From an uncultured Clostridia bacterium (lineage in GTDB: Bacteria > Bacillota > Clostridia > DSM-8532): a stretch of DNA of 32,000 bases. The first letter of the stretch is position 1, and each line of letters starts with the position of its first letter. The position numbers and the translations under genes were made by a program. The notes under the pieces are model-generated. The model saw only the letters and a list, made by a program, of their open reading frames with translations. It made no database searches and had not been told where the DNA came from. This document shows positions 7,025-15,245 of this stretch, in pieces. The stretch covers positions 3,936,166 to 3,968,165 of the forward strand of contig OW818693.1 in assembly GCA_942493335.1 (NCBI GenBank), given 5' to 3'.

Positions 7025-7849
7025 TCATTCCAGATTCAGTTTCTTGGCGAGGATGGCATTCGTGATGGCGAAATAACCGGCTGAAACAAGCAAGGAAAAT
7101 AGAATCAGGATCCACATCGCATGGTGGAGAACCGGTGAAATGCCGTTCATGTTCGGATTGATGAGGAGCGCGTTCTCTGGATTTCTGGCATTGAAAAGGG
7201 TCGACAGTCCGAGGCCCGGTATGGGGGTGGAAGCCATCGCCACAAAAAGAATTTGCACGACGGTGCTCAATCCGATGTATGCGCCGATGGATGCCAGAAT
7301 CCTGTGGTCGTTCACCAGATGCCCGATGGCGATGGCGGCGTAGATCATCAGGGGGCCGGAGAACAGGGCGATGAAAAAGGTGAGTATGACCTGAAACACG
7401 AGGAGCGGGGCGCCTTTTGTGTCGGTGATGCCTTGAATGATTTCCGACAGGACATGTCCAGCTTCGCGCAGGAATCCCCCATCGGCTGCGATGATGAGAA
7501 CCGACAATATGGCGACAATGCCGCTTAGCAGCGTCCAGAGCGATGAAATCAGCAGCTTTCCGGTGATATGGACCCAGGGATTCACCGGAAGGGTATGCAT
7601 CAGGTACCCTTCTTCGGACAGCAGATTCTTGTAGAACCGTTGAATCAGCACGATGAAAGTCATGACGAACATGCCGATCAGAATGATGACATACAGGGTC
7701 ATGCTGATGACGGCAGGCGCCTGCCAACTGTCGGGAGACAAAAGCATGATGACCCGGTTGATCAGGGCGGACAGCAAGGCGGCCGCAAAGAGGGGCAGGA
7801 AGATGCGGGTCGTAGCTTTCAACTCGTATTTCATGATTTTGTTCAGCAT
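7025..7849 (-). CDS. ABC-2 type transporter permease (membrane subunit of the YtrA-type ABC system)
   Basis: 274-aa polytopic membrane protein (MLNKIMKYELKATTRIFLPLFAAALLSALINRV...). Its start overlaps the ATPase stop by 7 nt, and it is the last gene of the GntR-ATPase-permease operon. Confidence 0.8.
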   Translation of the reverse strand: MLNKIMKYELKATTRIFLPLFAAALLSALINRVIMLLSPDSWQAPAVISMTLYVIILIGMFVMTFIVLIQRFYKNLLSEEGYLMHTLPVNPWVHITGKLLISSLWTLLSGIVAILSVLIIAADGGFLREAGHVLSEIIQGITDTKGAPLLVFQVILTFFIALFSGPLMIYAAIAIGHLVNDHRILASIGAYIGLSTVVQILFVAMASTPIPGLGLSTLFNARNPENALLINPNMNGISPVLHHAMWILILFSLLVSAGYFAITNAILAKKLNLE

Positions 7850-8541
7850 TTGAAAACCTCCCTGAACAGGGTATCAACCGATTTTCCCCGTTCGCTCCGG
7901 ATGGTGTCGACCGGCGCGGAAAGCACGACCTGACCGTGCTGGAGAAACACCACATGATCCAGGATGTTCTCGATGTCGGCGATGAGGTGCGTGGATAGGA
8001 TGACAGTTGCGTTTTCGTTGTAATTCCGGATGATGGTTTCAAGGATGTAGTCCCTGGCAGCCGGATCCACGCCGCCGATGGGTTCGTCCAACAGATACAG
8101 GTCTGCATTTCGGCTCATGACGAGGATCAGTTGCACTTTTTCCTTCGTTCCCTTCGACAGCGTCTTGATCTTGTCGTTCGGATCGATGCCAAGCCGGGCA
8201 AGCATGTCGTTGGCCTTCATCCTGTCGAAATCGGAATAGAAGTCCTTGAAGAATTCAAGGATCTGACTGACCCGCATCCAATCGTTCAGGTAGGTTTTCT
8301 CCGGCAGATAGGAGACGATCCGCTTTGTCGCGATGCCGGGTTTTTCGCCGGCAATGCGCAATTCTCCTGATGTTGGAGACAACAGTGCGTTTGCCAGCTT
8401 GATGAAGGTGGTCTTGCCGCTGCCGTTTGGTCCGAGCAGGCCGACGATCTGGCCGCGTTCGAGGGAAAGGTTCATGCCCGCAAGGGCATGTTTGCCGCCA
8501 AACGACTTTTTCAAGTCGTGACATTCCAGAATTGCACTCAT
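7843..8541 (-). CDS. ABC transporter ATP-binding protein
   Basis: Walker A GPNGSGKTT, signature-like LSKGTKEK, Walker B LYLLDEP and H-loop STH. The start overlaps the GntR stop (ATGA-type overlap at 8538-8541). Confidence 0.92.
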   Translation of the reverse strand: MSAILECHDLKKSFGGKHALAGMNLSLERGQIVGLLGPNGSGKTTFIKLANALLSPTSGELRIAGEKPGIATKRIVSYLPEKTYLNDWMRVSQILEFFKDFYSDFDRMKANDMLARLGIDPNDKIKTLSKGTKEKVQLILVMSRNADLYLLDEPIGGVDPAARDYILETIIRNYNENATVILSTHLIADIENILDHVVFLQHGQVVLSAPVDTIRSERGKSVDTLFREVFKC

Positions 8542-8909
8542 TTGTTCAACTCCTCCAGCATCCGGCTGATCCGTGCCAGCGTCTCCGCCTTCCCAAATCC
8601 CAGCCTGCGCATGTTGTCGAGAAATGCCTCGATTTGTTCCTGGGCGATGGTTTCTTTTGCCAGTTCGACCATTTTCGCATCCTCCGTTACAGAGCGTCCG
8701 CTGGTCCGGTGTGTTGTCAGCAGCCCCGCCTCTTCAAGCTGGGCAAGGGCCTTCTGCATCGTATTCGGGTTCACCGAGGCTTCCTGCGCAAGGTCCCGGA
8801 CGGAAGGCAATTTGCTTCCCAAAGGATAGATGCCGGAAATGATCCGGATTTCCACCTGTTCGATCAGCTGGGCATACAAAGGTCTGTCTGTTTTCAAGTC
8901 CCAGGGCAT
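8538..8909 (-). CDS. GntR family transcriptional regulator, YtrA subfamily (short, 123 aa)
   Basis: Winged-HTH sequence PLYAQLIEQVEIRIISGIYPLGSKLPSVRDLAQEASVNPNTMQKALAQLEEAGLLTTHRTSGRSV with a short C-terminal extension. GAGGAGGG RBS lies 5 nt upstream of ATG 8909. Confidence 0.9.
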   Translation of the reverse strand: MPWDLKTDRPLYAQLIEQVEIRIISGIYPLGSKLPSVRDLAQEASVNPNTMQKALAQLEEAGLLTTHRTSGRSVTEDAKMVELAKETIAQEQIEAFLDNMRRLGFGKAETLARISRMLEELNK

Positions 8910-8922
8910 GTCATCCCTCCTC

Positions 8923-8958
8923 TGTATTATTGTATTAAGTGCTTAATACAATAATACA
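8923..8958 (-). promoter_or_regulatory. 36-bp near-perfect palindrome, likely the YtrA/GntR autoregulatory operator
   Basis: TGTATTATTGTATTAAG-tg-CTTAATACAATAATACA has 17-bp perfectly complementary arms around a 2-bp centre. It lies between the -10 box and the RBS of the GntR gene and overlaps the -10. Confidence 0.7.
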
Positions 8959-8979
8959 TACGATGCATGGCCCTGTCAA
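8951..8979 (-). promoter_or_regulatory. Sigma-A type promoter of the GntR-ABC operon
   Basis: On the minus strand: TTGACA (plus 8974-8979), a 17-nt spacer, then TATTAT (plus 8951-8956). Confidence 0.7.
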
Positions 8980-9040
8980 TACGGATTCCGGTGAATTCCA
9001 TGAGCATGGGATGAGAATTCAAGTTGACTTTTCAGGACAA

Positions 9041-9082
9041 ATGAAAACCCGGCCGCCCCATCCATACGGAAGGGCTGCCGGG
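9041..9082 (-). terminator. Rho-independent terminator downstream of thpR
   Basis: The minus strand reads CCCGGCAGCCC-ttccgtatggatg-GGGCGGCCGGG followed by TTTTCATTTG. The stem is 6+4 bp with one mismatch. It lies about 65 nt after the thpR stop. Confidence 0.65.
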
Positions 9083-9147
9083 CATGTCTTGCTTGCATTG
9101 CGTGCGGAGCTTCAATGAGAGGCATTGGGGAGCAGGGCGCAATCGTT

Positions 9148-9699
9148 TCAAGGTGCGGCGGATTCCGGATCGGGAAGAATGACATGGGCGATTTCCGTGT
9201 ATTTCAGTTCCCCGTCTTCACGGGCGGAACGCATGAGGCTGATGCGGCCCACCTGCATCTCCAGCGGAGCAGGTTCTGCGTGCTTCACCTGAAAATTCCG
9301 AGGCATGACGATTTCCCGGCCGAGCGTCAGATGCGGGACATAGGGTTGTACCTCGAAGGTGAAGCCCAGTTCGGTCGCTGCGGCTGACAAGATTTCATGC
9401 ACCTTCTGCAAATCCGCACTAGGCGTCGTCCCGAGCCACCAGATGTCACGGTAGCGCTTCCGAAAATGGCCCAGGCCGTTGAAGACAAGCGGAAAGGCCG
9501 GCAGCTTGACGGACTGCAGGGCTGTGGCAAGGCTGTCGATCCGATCAGGGGCCACCTCCCCGATGAAGAGGAGGGTCAGATGAAGGTTTTCCTGCTTTGT
9601 GAAGTTGCCTTTCTCCGCGGTTTCGCGAAGCAACTGGGTTGTCAGGGAAAGAGCGGACTTGATGGGATCCGGCAATGTGATGGCAAAAAAGACACGCAT
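9148..9699 (-). CDS. thpR: RNA 2',3'-cyclic phosphodiesterase (2H phosphoesterase, ThpR/LigT family)
   Basis: Two H-x-T-x motifs (NLHLTLLF and VPHLTLGR). The preferred start is ATG 9699 (MRVFFAITLP) with GGAAAGGAAGG upstream. The track ORF extends to 9801 with a non-protein-like leader. Confidence 0.85.
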   Translation of the reverse strand: MRVFFAITLPDPIKSALSLTTQLLRETAEKGNFTKQENLHLTLLFIGEVAPDRIDSLATALQSVKLPAFPLVFNGLGHFRKRYRDIWWLGTTPSADLQKVHEILSAAATELGFTFEVQPYVPHLTLGREIVMPRNFQVKHAEPAPLEMQVGRISLMRSAREDGELKYTEIAHVILPDPESAAP

Positions 9700-9818
9700 G
9701 AAGGACCTTCCTTTCCGGTTCCCGGGAACCGGCAAATGACAATTCGCGAAGTTCGGCACGGATGCAATCCGCTTTACTTCCATCATACCATTCCGGTGCA
9801 ATGGGCGGTGAAAAAGGG

Positions 9819-9849
9819 TTGACAGGGAGACAGAAACGGATCATACAAT
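9819..9849 (+). promoter_or_regulatory. Putative promoter for the C39-like protein gene
   Basis: TTGACA (9819-9824) and TACAAT (9844-9849). The 19-nt spacer is longer than optimal. Confidence 0.4.
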
Positions 9850-9888
9850 GAAGCATGGACTGCAGCGTTGGCAGACGGGAGGAAGAGA

Positions 9889-10560
9889 ATGACGGAAAAC
9901 AATACGGGAAACCGGGGAAACGTTTGGAACAGCGCGCTTGCGCATCCTGAGAACCTGCATGTCCGAACTGCCGATGGCGAATGCTTTTACGGCTGCGAAC
10001 AGGCGTGGTTCGGAACCGAATGGCAGCAGCGTGCCGGCTGTGGGCCGAGTGTTGCCTCGAATATCATGCTGTACCTGCATCAGGGAGGAAAGCTCCATCT
10101 TCCGTATGACCTGCCGAATCAGGGTGGTTGCCTGCAACTGATGGAAGCCATGTGGGCGCATGTCACACCGACCCGCATGGGGGTGAACACGGTTCAGCTT
10201 TTCTCTGACGGCCTTCATGCGTTCGCGGGACAACATGGTTACAAACTCGACTGCGATGCACTGTTGTATCCGAAACGGTTGGAAAGTCGCCCCACGTTCG
10301 CGGAAGTATTGGCTTTTCTAGCGGAAGGGCTTTCCCTCGACTGCCCCATCGCTTTTTTGAATCTGAGCAACGGGGAGGTCGGAAACCTGGATGCATGGCA
10401 CTGGGTCACCATTGTGCGGCTTGATGTGGAAGATGGAGGAGCACGCGCCTTTGTCGAAATCTATGACGGAAACGCCTCCGCCCGCGTGGATTTGCGCATG
10501 TGGTGCGATACCACGACAGAGGACGGAGGGTTCGTGCATTTCCGCCGGATTGAAGAATGA
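9889..10560 (+). CDS. Hypothetical cytoplasmic protein with a C39-like (Peptidase_C39_2-type) papain-fold cysteine peptidase signature
   Basis: Start at ATG 9889 after GGGAGGAAG (the track starts at TTG 9868). The residues occur in the order Gln-Cys-His-Asp/Asn: QQRAGCGPSVASNIMLYL, then AWHWVTIV, then EIYDGN. There is no signal peptide. The call is by motif recall only. Confidence 0.5.
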   Translation: MTENNTGNRGNVWNSALAHPENLHVRTADGECFYGCEQAWFGTEWQQRAGCGPSVASNIMLYLHQGGKLHLPYDLPNQGGCLQLMEAMWAHVTPTRMGVNTVQLFSDGLHAFAGQHGYKLDCDALLYPKRLESRPTFAEVLAFLAEGLSLDCPIAFLNLSNGEVGNLDAWHWVTIVRLDVEDGGARAFVEIYDGNASARVDLRMWCDTTTEDGGFVHFRRIEE

Positions 10561-10650
10561 ATTGGCTTCATCCGTAACGGCTTTCAGCTAAATGGATTCA
10601 TCCGAAGTGGCCTCGTCAGATATGGCTTCATCCGTAACGACTTCTTCCGT
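10561..10650. repeat. Three tandem 30-bp repeats (plus a degenerate fourth to 10680) spanning the RNase D stop codon
   Basis: Units are 10561-10590, 10591-10620 and 10621-10650. TGGCTTCATCCGTAACG is identical in units 1 and 3, and unit 2 has TGGATTCATCCGAAGTG. The repeats encode the acidic RNase D tail (VVTDEAISDEATSDESI*). Confidence 0.75.
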
Positions 10651-11862
10651 AATGACTTCACCGTTCCGGATACGGAGGCTGAGCCTGCCCTCCATCAAAC
10701 GCTGCAGATCATCTCCGATCAGACCTTTGCGCCATCCGCGGAGCAGCGGACTTCCCTCTTCATCGCCGGAAGCCAGCTGTTCCAAATCCCCCTGGGAAGC
10801 CAGCAGGGGAGCGGCAACGCGGTGCTCGGTGGAGCGCACGCGGACTAGCGCGCCCATCAGCTTCACAACTCCCTCGATATCCATGGCGGCGTGGTGGCGG
10901 CGTTCGATACGGGGCAGTTCGGCATCGGAAAGGGCCATTCCCGCAGCGACTGCTGCCAGCAGACCGACACCACGATCTCCCAGCGCACGTGGATCGATGC
11001 CGCGGATCTCAGCCAGATCGGTGGCATTGGCCGGTTTTCTGCGGGCGATTTCCAACAGCGACTCATCCTTGATGATCCACTGCCGGGGCAGATCCCGGCG
11101 CATCGCATCGCGCTCCCGCCAGGCCGTGACGGTTTGCAGGACGCCGAGTTGGCGCCGGTTCAGGGTGGAAGCCCGTTTGACACGTCGGAACTGTTCGTCC
11201 GGAACCGATTCGAAGGTGGCCGGATCGGAAAGCTGTGCGAAATCATCTGCCAGCCATTCCATACGGCCATCCCGTTCGAGGCGCCTGCGCAGCTTCTCGT
11301 ACATCGGCTTCAGATGGATGACGTCATTCAGCGCATACTCCACCTGCTTGGCGGTCAGCGGACGGCGTGACCAGTCGGTGTAGGATTCGGACTTGTCGAT
11401 CTTGACGTCGAGGAGCTCCTCCAGCAGGCGGGAGTAGCCGATTTGAGACTGGAATCCCGCCAGCGTCGCGGCCACCTGCGTATCAAAAACAGGAACGGGC
11501 GGGCGTCCGCACAGACGCGTCATCAGTTCGATGTCCTGATAGGCGGCGTGGAGGACTTTCAGGATGCTGTTGTCGAGCAACAGCTCCACGAGCGGGGACA
11601 GATCCTCCAGCTCAAGCGGATCGATAATGGCGGAAATGTCACCGGCGGATGCCTGTACCAGGCAGAGCTTGGTATAATAGGTCTTGCCGGACATGAATTC
11701 CGTGTCGAGGGCGAGTATGCCCGTTTTTCTGGCGGCGTCGGCAAGAGCCGTGAAACCGGAGTTGTCGCGAATGAACAAGATGGGCCGTCCTTCCTGCCGC
11801 GGTCGTGCCGTCGGCAATGAACCTGTACCCATCGATTTTACACGACTGGCAGGAAAAAGCAT
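10588..11862 (-). CDS. rnd: Ribonuclease D (DEDD 3'-5' exonuclease plus HRDC domain)
   Basis: Matches E. coli RNase D motifs: LALDTEF..., HAAYQDIE, SESYTDWSRRPLTAKQVEYALNDVIHL, followed by an HRDC-like region. The start is uncertain. ATG 11862 and ATG 11832 lack an RBS. In-frame TTG 11778 follows AGGAAGGA and gives E. coli-like spacing to the ALDTEF motif. Confidence 0.85.
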   Translation of the reverse strand: MLFPASRVKSMGTGSLPTARPRQEGRPILFIRDNSGFTALADAARKTGILALDTEFMSGKTYYTKLCLVQASAGDISAIIDPLELEDLSPLVELLLDNSILKVLHAAYQDIELMTRLCGRPPVPVFDTQVAATLAGFQSQIGYSRLLEELLDVKIDKSESYTDWSRRPLTAKQVEYALNDVIHLKPMYEKLRRRLERDGRMEWLADDFAQLSDPATFESVPDEQFRRVKRASTLNRRQLGVLQTVTAWRERDAMRRDLPRQWIIKDESLLEIARRKPANATDLAEIRGIDPRALGDRGVGLLAAVAAGMALSDAELPRIERRHHAAMDIEGVVKLMGALVRVRSTEHRVAAPLLASQGDLEQLASGDEEGSPLLRGWRKGLIGDDLQRLMEGRLSLRIRNGEVITEEVVTDEAISDEATSDESI

Positions 11863-11976
11863 ACAGAAAGGATCCGTCAGACCCTTTTTATGTCATGAAT
11901 CGATTCTACGAAGGCAAAGGAGAACAATGAGGATGAAACAGACAATGGGGTTGAACCGGGCCGGGGCAGGTGCGCG

Positions 11977-13191
11977 ATGAGTCGTGTCGGGAACCCGTTT
12001 GCCGCACTGAAACACAGGGATTTCCGCATCTATTGGTTCGGCATGTGCGTATCCCTGATCGGGACATGGATGCAGAACATCGCCCAGCCCTGGCTGGCTT
12101 ATTCGTTGACGGATTCTCCCTTCCTGCTCAGCCTCGTCGGCGCGCTCCAGTTTACCCCCATGCTTCTTTTCTCCCTGTTTGCCGGTACGTGGATTGATCG
12201 GATTCCGAAAAAAACGATTCTTCTGTTCACACAATCCGCCTCGTTGGTCATTACGCTCGCGTTTGCCCTGCTGAATACGCTGGGGGTGATCCGATACTGG
12301 CATATCCTGGTCCTGGCGACGCTGCTGGGTGTGGTGAACACGCTGGACATGCCGACGCGCCAATCCTTCGTGATTGAGCTGGTGGGCCGCGGGGACCTGA
12401 TGAATGCGATTGCGCTGAACTCCACGATTTTCAACCTGGCACGGATCATCGGCCCGGCGATTGCGGGCATTGTCATGACCGCTTGGGGTGTTACCGCATG
12501 TTTTTATGTCAATTCATTCAGTTTTGCCGCCGTCCTCATCAGCCTGTTTTTGATTCATCCGGCACATATCCTGGCGCCAACCGCGAAAGATGGGAATGGC
12601 GTGATTCATCAGATTTCCGAGGGTCTTCGTTATGTCTGGAAAACACCGGTGCTGCTTGAAACCATCCTGATGACCGCGGTGGTCGGCACATTTGCCATGA
12701 ACGCGGGCGTCCTTGTGCCGGTATTTGTGAAGGAAGTGCTGCAACAGAAGGAAGCCGGATTCAGTCTTCTCATGTCGTTGATGGGGATCGGCTCCTTTCT
12801 GGGGGCGCTGACAATGGCTTCCTTGAGCAAGTCGGGTCCTAAAAAGTCCCTGCTGATGACACTCCCGATTGTCATTGCGTTGAGTCTTGCGCTGACGGGA
12901 ACAACAGGGCTTCTTCCCTTAACGGGGATCTGTCTCGCCATCCTGGGTTTCGGAATTGTCTGGTTCAGTTCCACGGCAAATTCCATGGTCCAGATCCATA
13001 CGGAAGACAGATATCGGGGAAGGGTGATGAGTCTCTACACGCTTGTCTTTGGCGGACTGATCCCCATCGGCAATTTGTATGCGGGCACCATCACGAACCA
13101 TTTTGGCGCGCGAATCGGCTTTTTCGCTTGCAGCGGTATCATTGTGGTCTTGTACGTGGTTGTGGTCATCGCGCGGAAAAAGGGCCGCTGA
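11977..13191 (+). CDS. MFS transporter (MFS_3 / enterobactin-exporter-like subfamily)
   Basis: About 12 TM segments. The N-terminus FAALKHRDFRIYWFGMCVSLIGTWMQNIAQPWLAY is typical of this subfamily. Confidence 0.88.
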   Translation: MSRVGNPFAALKHRDFRIYWFGMCVSLIGTWMQNIAQPWLAYSLTDSPFLLSLVGALQFTPMLLFSLFAGTWIDRIPKKTILLFTQSASLVITLAFALLNTLGVIRYWHILVLATLLGVVNTLDMPTRQSFVIELVGRGDLMNAIALNSTIFNLARIIGPAIAGIVMTAWGVTACFYVNSFSFAAVLISLFLIHPAHILAPTAKDGNGVIHQISEGLRYVWKTPVLLETILMTAVVGTFAMNAGVLVPVFVKEVLQQKEAGFSLLMSLMGIGSFLGALTMASLSKSGPKKSLLMTLPIVIALSLALTGTTGLLPLTGICLAILGFGIVWFSSTANSMVQIHTEDRYRGRVMSLYTLVFGGLIPIGNLYAGTITNHFGARIGFFACSGIIVVLYVVVVIARKKGR

Positions 13192-13199
13192 CGCGGCCC
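13182..13199 (+). terminator. GC-rich hairpin overlapping the MFS stop codon
   Basis: GGGCCGC-tgac-GCGGCCC, a 7-bp perfect stem preceded by AAAAA and followed by a T-poor tail. It lies between convergent genes. Confidence 0.4.
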
Positions 13200-13288
13200 T
13201 TGCGGTTCGGTGCTTATGGGGGGACGCTCGGACGGACAACACCGAGTGATCCGGAAAGACCTCGCGGTTCGGTGCATGAAAAGAACTG

Positions 13289-14161
13289 TCAGTGCCCGGA
13301 AACGGCCAAATCCAGTTTTTTATAGGTTTCCGCGACAATCCTGACGACTTCCTCGACGGATTTGTTGCCGGGGTTTGTGCTCCACGGGCGCATTGGTTCG
13401 CACATCACAGGCCCTGTGTAGCCATTCTCCTTGAAGAGCCGATACGGAAGTGCCGCATCGATGACGCCGGTTTCCAGTGGAAGTGCGCGCTCAAGATCCT
13501 GCTGTTCTTCCCGTGTACGACCTGGAATACCGTCGTTCACATGAAAATTGACCATTCTGTCCACATGCCGGGAGGCGAGATAGGCGTCCGCAACATTCGC
13601 ATCGCTGCCGGTGTACCAGTGATAGGTGTCGAACACGAATCCGCAGCTCGGATCCACGGAATCCGCCAGCGCGAGGGCGCCGGAAAGCGTGTTGAAGAAG
13701 GGATGCCGGAAACTGTTGCGGAGTGGGCAGGGCCCGAGAAATTCCATTCCGTACCGGATGCCTGACTCGTTCAAGACACGCCAGACGCGGCGGATCCGCA
13801 CCGTGAGCCATTCGTAATTTGCCGCATGATCCCGGCTGTTGCTGCCGTTCCAGATGTGGTTGTAGGCGTATCGGACACCCATTTTCTCCCCGATCGCCGC
13901 CCAGCTTTTGAGCGTTTCGATGGCTTTGTCGAATGCTGCTTCGCTGACATCCTCGGAGTAGAAATCGGCGGGGGTCGGGAGCAGGCTCCATTTCAGTCCA
14001 TTGTCCGCCATGAGCTTTGAGGCTTCACGGGCGGCAGCTTCGTTTCCCATCAGATCCACGGGAACATGGATTCCGCCGATGCCGTGCTTTCGGACCAGAG
14101 GTACAAGTTCCTGAAGGGATGCCTTCACACCGAAATGGTTCATGTCGAAAATCGTATACAT
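13289..14161 (-). CDS. Sugar phosphate isomerase/epimerase (xylose isomerase-like TIM barrel)
   Basis: 290 aa with family-like segments GIGGIHVPVD, MEFLGPCPL, FDTYHWY and NFHVNDG. Confidence 0.8.
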   Translation of the reverse strand: MYTIFDMNHFGVKASLQELVPLVRKHGIGGIHVPVDLMGNEAAAREASKLMADNGLKWSLLPTPADFYSEDVSEAAFDKAIETLKSWAAIGEKMGVRYAYNHIWNGSNSRDHAANYEWLTVRIRRVWRVLNESGIRYGMEFLGPCPLRNSFRHPFFNTLSGALALADSVDPSCGFVFDTYHWYTGSDANVADAYLASRHVDRMVNFHVNDGIPGRTREEQQDLERALPLETGVIDAALPYRLFKENGYTGPVMCEPMRPWSTNPGNKSVEEVVRIVAETYKKLDLAVSGH

Positions 14162-14243
14162 GTCGAATCCTCCTTTTATCCTGTCCGGCTTTTCATTTTT
14201 TCCTGTCTGGGTTTTCTTATTCTTCTATCCTGCTTATTTCCTT

Positions 14244-15092
14244 TTATAGGCCAGCGTGAACCATTTTTTCCTGCATCACGCGAATCGCCGGATCGAATTC
14301 CCCGGGATTGTGAATTCCGTGAAGAATAAGACCCCTTTCGTATCCCAACTCCTTCAGGAGGCTGAAGTAGAAGTCATAATCCACAATGCCGTTGCCGGGA
14401 TAAGTGAACCGGATGGAATCGGATGCGAGAATGTCCTTCCCGTGGGCGAGAACGACATCCCGGCCCAGCAGTTCGAATGCCCTTTGGATCGTGGGCCGCA
14501 TGTTCGCCGCGTTTGCGGTGCCGGCGGGAAAGAGATTGGCGCAATCCATGATCACCTTGAGGCATGGGCTGCCGATTTCATCCAGATATCGACGTGTCCG
14601 GTCCATGGTGCAGACCACATTCGAAGCCTCCGTTTCCACACCGAGCACCACGCCGTGCTGTTCCGCGTACGGCAGGATCCGGCGCGTCGTTTCCAGCAGA
14701 TCGGCCCAGGCCTCGTCGGAGGCGGTATCCGGATGCCAGGCCCACATGGATTCGGTACTGCGGGAACCGGTGCAGAGCGTGACAATCCCGCAGTCAAGCA
14801 CGCCGCAGGCATCGACAATGCGCTCGAAACGCCGGATGAATGTCTGCCGTACTGCCGGGTCCGGATCGATCATGTTGAAGGTACCGTTGATGGCAATGAT
14901 CTTGATCCCGTAGAGCTTGCCAGCCGCGGCAATTCGTTCGAGCTCGCCCGGATGGAATTCCTCCGGCATTTCCTCACCGTGGGAGGTCGCGAAATCGTAC
15001 TGCATTTGGGTGAATCCCATGCGGGCGGCTTCCGCGAAAACGGCCTCGACCGTCGGGTGCCGGATTTCCGGAGAAAAAGCGCCGATTCTCAT
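14244..15092 (-). CDS. Sugar phosphate isomerase/epimerase (xylose isomerase-like TIM barrel), paralogous fold to the downstream gene
   Basis: 282 aa with segments VTLCTGS, LGVETEASNV, IMDCANLF and LAHGKD. It lies upstream of 13289..14161 in the same orientation, so they probably form an operon. Confidence 0.8.
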   Translation of the reverse strand: MRIGAFSPEIRHPTVEAVFAEAARMGFTQMQYDFATSHGEEMPEEFHPGELERIAAAGKLYGIKIIAINGTFNMIDPDPAVRQTFIRRFERIVDACGVLDCGIVTLCTGSRSTESMWAWHPDTASDEAWADLLETTRRILPYAEQHGVVLGVETEASNVVCTMDRTRRYLDEIGSPCLKVIMDCANLFPAGTANAANMRPTIQRAFELLGRDVVLAHGKDILASDSIRFTYPGNGIVDYDFYFSLLKELGYERGLILHGIHNPGEFDPAIRVMQEKMVHAGL

Positions 15093-15245
15093 TCTTCTTG
15101 CCTCCCTGATGTGTGTTTGGCAGCCTGGGCAGGATGCAGATCATCTGCTTGAATCCGGTTCAAATTTTGAAGTCGATTTCTTATTGTCTTCGTGATATTC
15201 TATCATACAAATCCCAATCGATCGGGAAAGAAAGGTTGGCATGAC

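Noticed and set aside
9715-9732. 18-bp perfect palindrome CCGGTTCCCGGGAACCGG just upstream of the thpR RBS, considered as an operator
   Set aside because: It is a GC-rich self-complementary run built from SmaI/XmaI-like cores, with no nearby regulator or second copy in the window. It may simply be a 5'-UTR hairpin, and there is too little evidence to call a regulatory site.
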